Source: Octopus vulgaris (lineage: Eukaryota). Taken from it: a stretch of 64,000 nt of DNA. A program made the position numbers and the translations under genes. Below are positions 55,428 to 64,000 of this stretch, in pieces (positions within the stretch are counted from its first letter, which is position 1; each line of letters starts with the position of its first letter). The notes below the pieces were generated by a model. The model searched no databases. It saw nothing but the letters and a program-made list of their open reading frames with translations, and was not told where the DNA came from. The DNA lies in the NCBI GenBank assembly GCA_951406725.2, contig OX597832.1:65968001-66032000 (forward strand), written 5' to 3'.

Positions 55428-55870
55428 TGTGTGTGTGTGTGTGTGTGAAAGAAAATGGCCTAGTGTTACTCTGCTGCAGTCGTGATTGCGAGATCGCTGT
55501 TTCGATTGCCGTGTGGTCGTTTGTGGAAAACAGGATAAAAGGTTGCACACACACACACACACATACACACAACAGAGACAGTGGAGAGAGAAAGAGAGAG
55601 AGAGAGAGAGAGATATCAACATGAGTGGAAACATTCTTCATGGAGTCTTAAATTATAGAGAATAAGGCTAACTCACTGTACGAAGGAGAAAATTGTATTA
55701 TTGTATAAAGGCAAATGCAAAGTAGCCGACTTATAGGAATGCAGCACAAGCAAGCAATCACAACTAAGAAGAGAGCCATATACACATATATGAAGGCATA
55801 ACATGCTGAGGCACACACACACACACACGCATCCAACAATAACACATACATGCACGCATACACACATGTT

Positions 55871-55908
<38 letters not shown>

Positions 55909-56000
55909 TGGCCTAGTGGTTACTCTGCTGCAGTCGTGATTGCGAGATCGCTGTTTCGATTGCCGTGTGCTCGTTTGTGGAAAACAGTTTGTTGCACACG

Positions 56001-56050
<50 letters not shown>
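55428..56050. repeat. Duplicated ~100-bp core, each copy framed by (TG)n and (CA)n
   Basis: gaaaga..tggcctagtg..ctctgctgcagtcgtgattgcgagatcgctgtttcgattgccgtgtg at ~55447-55545 and ~55902-55995. Confidence 0.85.
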
Positions 56051-56056
<6 letters not shown>

Positions 56057-56107
56057 GACACATACATACATTTATATATAAATGTATGTATAAAACTCAT
56101 TGGGTAT

Positions 56108-56764
56108 GATTAGTAAAATTTTTGGTAGAAATGACTTATGTCCCTCTTAGCGTGAGGCATTTATATGTAATAATGCCATCTATACAATATAACTATAATT
56201 AATATGTTCAATAGGAAAGAATTATTTTCGAAATTTTTTCTCTTATGAGGTTTTTCACGCTATCTACCTGATAATTTTTTGTTAAGATTCCTTATTAAGA
56301 AGTTATCCTTAATTGTTAAATTTATTCCGAAAAAACTTTTCCCATAACCGAAATGCAGTTCGAAGAAGCCCGCCATTTACCGGATATACGATTTGTAGAC
56401 TTCTCCATGTGCTTCGTTAGAAAGAGCAGTTGGCTGTTCGACTTCGACGGGACTGGTCGTTTATTTATGATATGTTCAGAATCAGTCTTACTGATGAGCA
56501 TAGACGCAAATTCTTCTGGGTGAGTGCGAAATCACAGGTGATATAAGACTAAATTCATTTTTAAATGTCTTGCTTTGAAAACTGCATAGATTAGTAAAAT
56601 TGTTGGTAGAAATGACTTATGAGCGTGAGGCATTTATATGTAATAATGCCTCTATATAATATAAATTAATATGTTCAATAGAAATTTTTTTCTCTTATGA
56701 GGTTTTTCACGCTATACCTGATAATTTCTTGTTAAGATTCCTTATTAAGAGTTATCCTTAATTG
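56108..56764 (+). mobile_element. Partial tandem repeat (481-bp period) carrying a hammerhead; pseudo-LTR or retrozyme-like
   Basis: 56108-56315 is repeated with small indels at 56589-56764; ends in (GATA)n. Confidence 0.75.
56484..56550 (+). ncRNA. Canonical type-I hammerhead ribozyme (family H8)
   Basis: AGUCUUA-CUGAUGA-GCA..UGC-GAAA-UCAC(AG)GUGA-UA-UAAGACU; perfect 7-bp helix I, all core positions intact. Confidence 0.85.
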
Positions 56765-56766
56765 AC

Positions 56767-56819
<53 letters not shown>

Positions 56820-57169
56820 TATAGATAGATAGATAGAAAGATAGATAGATAAATAGATAGATGAATACAGTTATATGTTACGGTATATAACGTAGATGGC
56901 TAGAGCTATACATCTGAAATGTATAACTCTTGATTTTAGTGGAGGTTGGTAGTGTTAAATTTTGAAATCAAGTTACGAACATTATTGGGACCAACAAGCC
57001 CCCAGATAGATTAAGCACTAAGCTTACAAAGAATAAGTACTTAGGTTGATTACTTCGACTAAAAGGCGGTGATCCAACATGGCCACAGTTTGTGTGTGTG
57101 TGAATGTGTTTGTGAAATTGGCGGATATGTGTGTATATATGTAAATATATTTTTGTATATACGTATGTA

Positions 57170-57366
57170 TGAGTGGGTGTTGAAAAGTTCCCAGCTCTAG
57201 GTAAAAGAACATAAAGTAAGATCAGTTAATTATGATTTTATTCAGCATGTTTCTTTTATTGAGTCACATTCGTATTGCAGTGGCCCTTCAGTTTTTCTAA
57301 GTCATGTAAAATATTTCGGAATATTCACGATAACTTAAAAGTCAGGAACTTCTCAGAACCCTATCG
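57170..57366. mobile_element. Mariner-derived MITE or internal-deletion derivative
   Basis: Imperfect TIRs tgagtgggtgttgaaaagttcccagct / agtcaggaacttctcagaaccctatcg with TA at both ends. Confidence 0.65.
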
Positions 57367-57949
57367 TATGTATGAACGTACCAGCACTCGGCAGTGAGTG
57401 CACTGCTCATTGTAGAAACAGCAATGACGTCATGGATGTGAATACGTCATCTGTGATCGTGATAGAAGCATGCATCCATGCTACGAAGAAATAGCTCAAT
57501 TAACCATGTTTGTATATCTGCTACATTGGTTATATATATGAGCATCTGTAGGTGAGTGTGTGAGAGTGATTCTGAATGTATGTATGTATTCATACACATA
57601 TTGACAAGTCTAAATATGTATATGCCTCCCAAATCACCAACCAATGTAGACGAAGAGATACAAATACGCGCATACGTAGATAAATTTTTGCACAAGCAAA
57701 GGAAAATATAGTTCGCAAACACTGGCAATTAATATTGAAATTACACATGTGTAAATAGCTGAATAATTTAAAAAAATACGAAATTATATCAGTAAAAAAT
57801 CTGATAAATGCATTCATAAATTTCAAAAATGTATGAACTTTCAATTATCCTCATATTTCAATAGTATAAAAAATGTACAAATAACAACTGCATTTTCATA
57901 CATATATGTGTGTATGTGTATGTATGTATATATATATGTATGTATGAAT

Positions 57950-58036
<87 letters not shown>

Positions 58037-59117
58037 GAGAGAGATAGAGGGAAAGAGAGGGGAGAGATAGATAAATAGATAGATTGATTGATATCGTTAT
58101 ATGCATCAGAAGCAGAATTAATTTAAAATAGTTATCTCTATATCATACTTAAAGCAAATATTTCACGAAAACGTAAATGTACTGCCGTAATTGTCAGGAG
58201 ATAATGTCTTTTATGGATGCGCTGCAAATAATTTGATTCTTTGCAATATACTTTTATTAAGTATGTTACACAGACACATATTTTAATATAGTACTGTTTT
58301 TATTACATATAACGCCGGGCGGCTAACTGCAAAATCACTATTTGCTCAGTCATTGCTTCCCCATATATCTAGTGATAGATTTTGTCTTGCCTTGGCGTCT
58401 TGCAGTACGTGCATTGTATTGTACAAAAAAAAAAAAGAAAAAACTGGCCGGGAAATAATATCGCATACTCCATTCTTCCGACACACTCCTTGACAGATTT
58501 CATCTGTTACCGACATATAGTGTGATTTGAAACACAGTACGTCCATAAGCGATATGAATACCATTTTGAAGTTACATCAACGTATAGCACTACCACTAGA
58601 TGTGATGCAAGACAGGTGTACAGCTTGTGGCGGTTGGATACACGTACGATCGTATTTCTTTTTCCTTCTCCATTCTTTTCTTTTAATTTTATTATATGTC
58701 GCAAGGAATACTTGAAACTCATTTTCTCCCATTCTCTGAGCGTTAAACCAATGCCCTCTGTTTTGGGATTTTTGTAACTCATCATTATGTTGTACATTTT
58801 GCATTATATACATATATATACATATATATATAAATATATATATATATGCATGTGCGTGTGTGTATGGTCATAAAGAGGTATTTAAACCTCTTATAGGGAC
58901 ATTTGATGCGTATATATTCTGTGTATTCCAAACGTATCCTACTGTATCCTAACGTGTGCTTTTCACACCCTGATGATTTGCCAAATTATATATTCATATA
59001 TGATTTGCAATTTTACTTTCGTGAAATGATATAACTATTGCTGAATATGATCTTTAATTAATAAATAAAGTTAGATCCATTAGATCTATCAATCTATCTA
59101 TCTATCATATACCTCTC

Positions 59118-59168
<51 letters not shown>

Positions 59169-59299
59169 TGAGAGGTATTGGTCTCAAGAAGACCCTAAGG
59201 TGTCAGGTAATGCAGAGTAAGTGCCATGGAGAGGCTATAGTTAAGCTTCAAGTTCGATAACGATAGGAATGAGTCCAACGTAGGTCGTGTATTAGCATG

Positions 59300-59379
<80 letters not shown>

Positions 59380-59546
59380 GAAATAATCAACAGAACGTGA
59401 TAAAAAAAATATCCACGGCTGTTCTGAAAATTATTCACAGCCTTGGATTTTTATATCTCATTCTGTTAATTTGTACATATTGTCTGTGTATATATAATAT
59501 ATATAATACATACATATATATATATATATGCACACGCACACGCACA

Positions 59547-59590
<44 letters not shown>

Positions 59591-61070
59591 ATATATATAT
59601 ATATATATATATATTTGTATATATGTTTGTCCTCTCATGCATATTCATAAAAACTTTTGAAGTGTATTCCATTCATTCGTCCACGGAAGAAATCATTTTT
59701 AAAACCTTTCATCATTTTTCGTGTTTAAGTATGTATTTTTCAACAGTGGTGTTATACATGTGAACGTGCGTTTATGTAGATGTGTGCTTGTATATGTGAA
59801 TATATTTGTGCTTCTGTTCTCGCATAGAGGTGCGTCTGTAATGTGTATGCCATTTTATATTGTTTTTTATTTTAGTGTTTGCTAATTTACGTTTCATATT
59901 TAGTTAATTATTTTCTCTGTGCGTTGCAATATTGATTGTTGAAGGTTACGTTTACGTGATGCAGAAGCAAATTGATCACGTTTTCTTTAGGTTTTTGCTT
60001 TATATTTTTCCTATTTAGTAGGATGCTGAAAAATGATAAATTTATATCTGGTTCCTCAACCATTTTCCCTATACCTTCTCTCTTTTTCATTATCTATTTT
60101 CAAAGAAATAGCAAAAACTTCCTTCTCTACCTTTTTGTCAAAAACACCCGAGACACTCTTTCATCTGTCGTTTTATTAGGCAAGCGTAAATACAATATTG
60201 AGTGCTTTTCATTTTGATATGGACAGTAGAAATAAGCCCCAGTCACTCTCCTACATGTTTTGATGAATAAATCTTTGGTCTTTAAGTTTGCAGCGGAAAA
60301 TATAATAATCATAATGATGTGAATAAAAAGGGGTTATAGTAGATATCTTCCTGGAATAAAGGGAGTGCACCATATTTTCAACAACAGTGCATTTTATATC
60401 ATTTTTGAAATGCAAAACTAATCGGAAAATAAACGAATCGTTGTTCGTTATTTTGTTCAAATTTATGCCCCCCAAAGACTTAACAAACAGATAGAGATGT
60501 TGGAATCATTGAATTCTACCATGTTTTGACTGTGGTATTGAGATATCGTGTAGCTGAATGTGAGAGATGAAGGCAAGAAGAGAGTGAGAGAGAATTTTAG
60601 ATAAAGATAGATAGATGTCTGTATGCATGTATCACGTATGCATGACAGTATATATGCATATATATTTGTATATTTGACGACTTTCTGAAAATTTGTCTCC
60701 GTTCCTGTAGCAATCATTAATCTCAAAACGAACAGTCAAAAAGGGCAGTCAAAAAGGACAGTCTTAGAATAATTTGCTGAAGTATAACGACCCGACAATG
60801 GAGTATTCAATAAATTTGTATGACTCATATTATTCAGTATGTCTCTTCGCTCGACCAGAATGGTTTGAAGATGCGACAACAGAGCGTGGAAATTCCAGAG
60901 TAAAATGAGACTAGCCTATCATACATCAATTATGTATAAACGCGCATCTCTCTCCCTATATATATCCAGAAATACGTACATACCCCACCATTTATACCTA
61001 TATATATATATATATATTATCTATATATTATCCATATAAACCCACATATACGTATATGTATGTGTACATT

Positions 61071-61118
<48 letters not shown>

Positions 61119-61201
61119 CATATATATGTATGTATTTATATGAATGTACACATACATATTGGTTTACGTGGGTATATATGGATATATATGTACATATATT
61201 G

Positions 61202-61241
<40 letters not shown>

Positions 61242-62834
61242 CATATATACATATATAAATGTAACATATAACATATACACATATGCATATAGACACACGT
61301 ATATATACAGGAAGACACACATAAATACGCACTCACAAACACACACGAACACAGACACACGTACGTGCATTTGCGAAGAGGGAAACAGAAAAAGAGAACT
61401 AAATAACTTCGTAAAATTAAACAGAATAAAGAAAAACAAGAAATACTTAAAAATACTTTCTAATCATCAGTTTTTGTTGTTGTTGTTGAGTTTCGTACTT
61501 GCCCGGAAGACACGGTGTATTGCTTGTTATCCGTGGGACTTACTAACACTCATTCTATTAATTCTGTACATGATTCTGGCGCCAACTAGTCAGCATTTAT
61601 TCTGTGTTACCATTTTGTCTGGTTGGAAAACTTGTTCTTACGTTTATTTCTGATCTCTCTCCCTTCCATCTCCTCCCCCTCTCTCTCTACCTCCCCACCT
61701 TTCTGTCTCTCTTTTCTCCCTTCTCTCTCTCTCTGTCTTTCTCTCTCTCTCCTCTCGCCCTTTCTGCATCCTTTGTCATTGTTTATCTGATTTTCAATGT
61801 TTTAATTAATGTTGTTGATTTTTGTTTGTTATTTTCCTCGTGATTGTTATTGTTGTTGCTCTTCTCCAGTGCAATTTTGTGTCAGTGTTTTTCGTGAACA
61901 TATTTTGCTAACGTTTCCTCTGTCCCTTTCCGCCGGAATGTCTGCTCCTGTTTTCGTTATTTTTGTTGTTGTTGCATGTATTGAGCTTGTCGTTATTGTT
62001 ACTATCCTTGCAGCGGCTACCATATTTGGTGGCTTTTGTTGTTGTCGTTAGTGTTGCTGTTGGTAGCTCTTTTTTTCCTGTCTCTTATAGAACTGTCATC
62101 GTTGCGTTTGATGCCCTTATTGTTTATGCCGCTGTTGCTGTTGTTGCTGCAGTCGTTGTCTTCTTATTGTTCTTACTAATGTCACAGTGGTCGTTGGTCA
62201 AATCGCTATCCCCGCCTCCATTATTATTGCCCATTCCTGCTGCTGCTGATGTTGTTGTTATTGTTGCTATTGTTCTGCCTGTTCTTACATTGAATCTTTC
62301 CTTCTTTTCATTGTTATTATAGCTGTTGCCGTAAATAGTGTTTTTCATATTGTCGCTACATTTGCTGTTATTTCTTGCATGTCAAGCTGCTGTTAATGTT
62401 GGTGCTGTGGTTATTGGAGTTTAAAGTCTAACTGGTTAGACATTTTCATTTTATTTCCTGAAGCCAATGTTTCATTTCTATTATATATTCTTGCGATTTC
62501 ACAATAATATACTTGACACTTAAAACATATATCGTATTTCAGTTTAACCGTGGAGTTGTTCTTGGGATTGTAGTTATGGTAGTTATAGTAGTGGTAGATG
62601 TGACATTAAGGCTGTAGTTGTGTAGGAAGTGCAGTAGTAGCGGAGACGGTGATTACAATGAAACCACTTCATTGCTTGCTAATGATATATTTATTACGGA
62701 GATGTACTTGCATAGCAAGTGACCTGATCTGAGATCGTGTGCAGGAACGAAAACAATTGCAGCATGGAAGGTGTTTATAAGCCATTTAAGAAACACACAA
62801 AAACCGTTAGATTCACTTCAAAATTCAAATTTAC

Positions 62835-62885
62835 TTTGCCAAAATATTTTCGTCGCTTTGAGACCGCGACCTGTTCAATGACAAA
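62835..62885 (-). ncRNA. Hammerhead-like motif with C at core position 8 (family H9), in a short PLE-like end (~62690-62890)
   Basis: UUUGUCA-UUGAACAG-GUCGC(GGUCUCAAA)GCGAC-GAAA-AUAU-UU-UGGCAAA; 7-bp helix I, palindromic AAUAUU helix III. Confidence 0.55.
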
Positions 62886-63191
62886 TTTCCATGTAATGGT
62901 AAACTCTTAATAGTGAAATAACTGTTTCATCGTGAATATTTTATAATGAATGCGTATGTAATGGAAGGATATTTGTGTGTTTGTGTTTGTGAGCGTGTTT
63001 GTGCGCGCGTGTATTTGTACGTGTGTGTGTGTGTGTGTGTGTTTATTGATGCATGTATGTATGTATATATTTACGTTTATATATATATATAATTTGATAG
63101 AAAGAAAGAACGAAAGAAAGATAGATAGATAAATAAATAAAAGATAGATAGATGGATGGATGTATAGATAGAGAGATATGCATGTATCACA

Positions 63192-63366
63192 TAAGAAGAA
63201 GAAGAAGGAGAAGAAGAAGAAGAAGAAGAAGAAGAAGAAGGAGAAGAAGAAGAAGAAGAAGAAGAAGAAGAAGAAGAAGAAGAAGAAGAAGAAGAAGAAG
63301 AAGAAGAAGAAGAAGAAGAAGAAGAAGAAGAAGAAGAAGAAGAAGAAGAAGAAGAAGAAGAAGAAG
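63192..63366. repeat. (GAA)n microsatellite
   Basis: Direct reading. Confidence 0.98.
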
Positions 63367-64000
63367 CCTCAAATGCGGTCAAAATGAAATTGCCTCCTGC
63401 TAAAGCAGATAGTAGCAGTAACCGCTTCCCAAGATATCACATCGGTTAACGTGATCTTACACAAAGAGTAAAGAAATGTGATGGGAGTGTGATACAGGAG
63501 GTGTTCTTTGATCATAGGCCACCTCCTCTACACGAAGGATTTATTCTGTTCATTGTAAATTTTGTATACTTATTGGAATTTCATATTGTAGACTATTACT
63601 ATTATACGAACAAATCCTATTAAATAATTAATTATCTTCAAAGACATTTAACATGTTTTGTTTAATAACAAGTCAACGAATTCGCCCGTCGCTCTAACTT
63701 TGTCTCTTTATATTGACCGCCTCATACAATAAATGCCAAACAATATTGAGTGTGTATTCTGTTTCCTTTATTCTACATCGTTATGTCAGTTGCTGCTGGG
63801 TGTGAATTTATAATTGTTCTCACTAGCCTTGATGGCCGAAGGACTGGACATGTATAGGAAGCAAATTAATCATTTCTATACATCTGTATATCTTGTAGTT
63901 GAGCGCAACAACAACAAAAAAAGCGTAATTGTGTTCACTCCCACTACTACTCATAGAGGTGTCATTTTCATCGGTTCATGAGTTACCATGGTCCTAAATG

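Noticed and set aside
58968-59035. ctgatga followed by a hairpin and a distant gaaa
   Set aside because: Helices I and III cannot be formed; at best a heavily decayed motif
61620-62420. Hydrophobic, membrane-protein-like ORFs
   Set aside because: Degenerate (TTG)/(CTG)/(TC) low-complexity sequence, hydrophobic in several frames

Overview
AT-rich, microsatellite-dense animal DNA. The SINE and repeat content looks like a coleoid cephalopod (Octopus-like; inference from repeat families). I find no host protein-coding gene I can support, and nearly all ORF-track entries are translations of (TA)n, (CA)n or (TAA)n tracts. The window is mostly transposon-derived. It holds one near full-length Neptune-type Penelope-like retroelement (PLE, 15861-20385), many truncated or fold-back PLE ends inserted into (TA)n, R4/Dong-type LINE fragments in (TAA)n, a CR1-type LINE, two Tc1/mariner-superfamily transposons, a mariner MITE and three tRNA-SINE families. 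There are two main results. (1) The long PLE has an intact 451-aa upstream ORF overlapping a start-less RT/GIY-YIG frame in the -1 phase, with a U_UUU_UUA heptamer in the overlap, i.e. a candidate gag-pol-like programmed frameshift in a class usually described as single-ORF. (2) About 17 type-I hammerhead ribozyme motifs from about 10 sequence families, folded by eye, including U3-A8 and U4C core variants, self-complementary helix III and greatly extended helix II forms.
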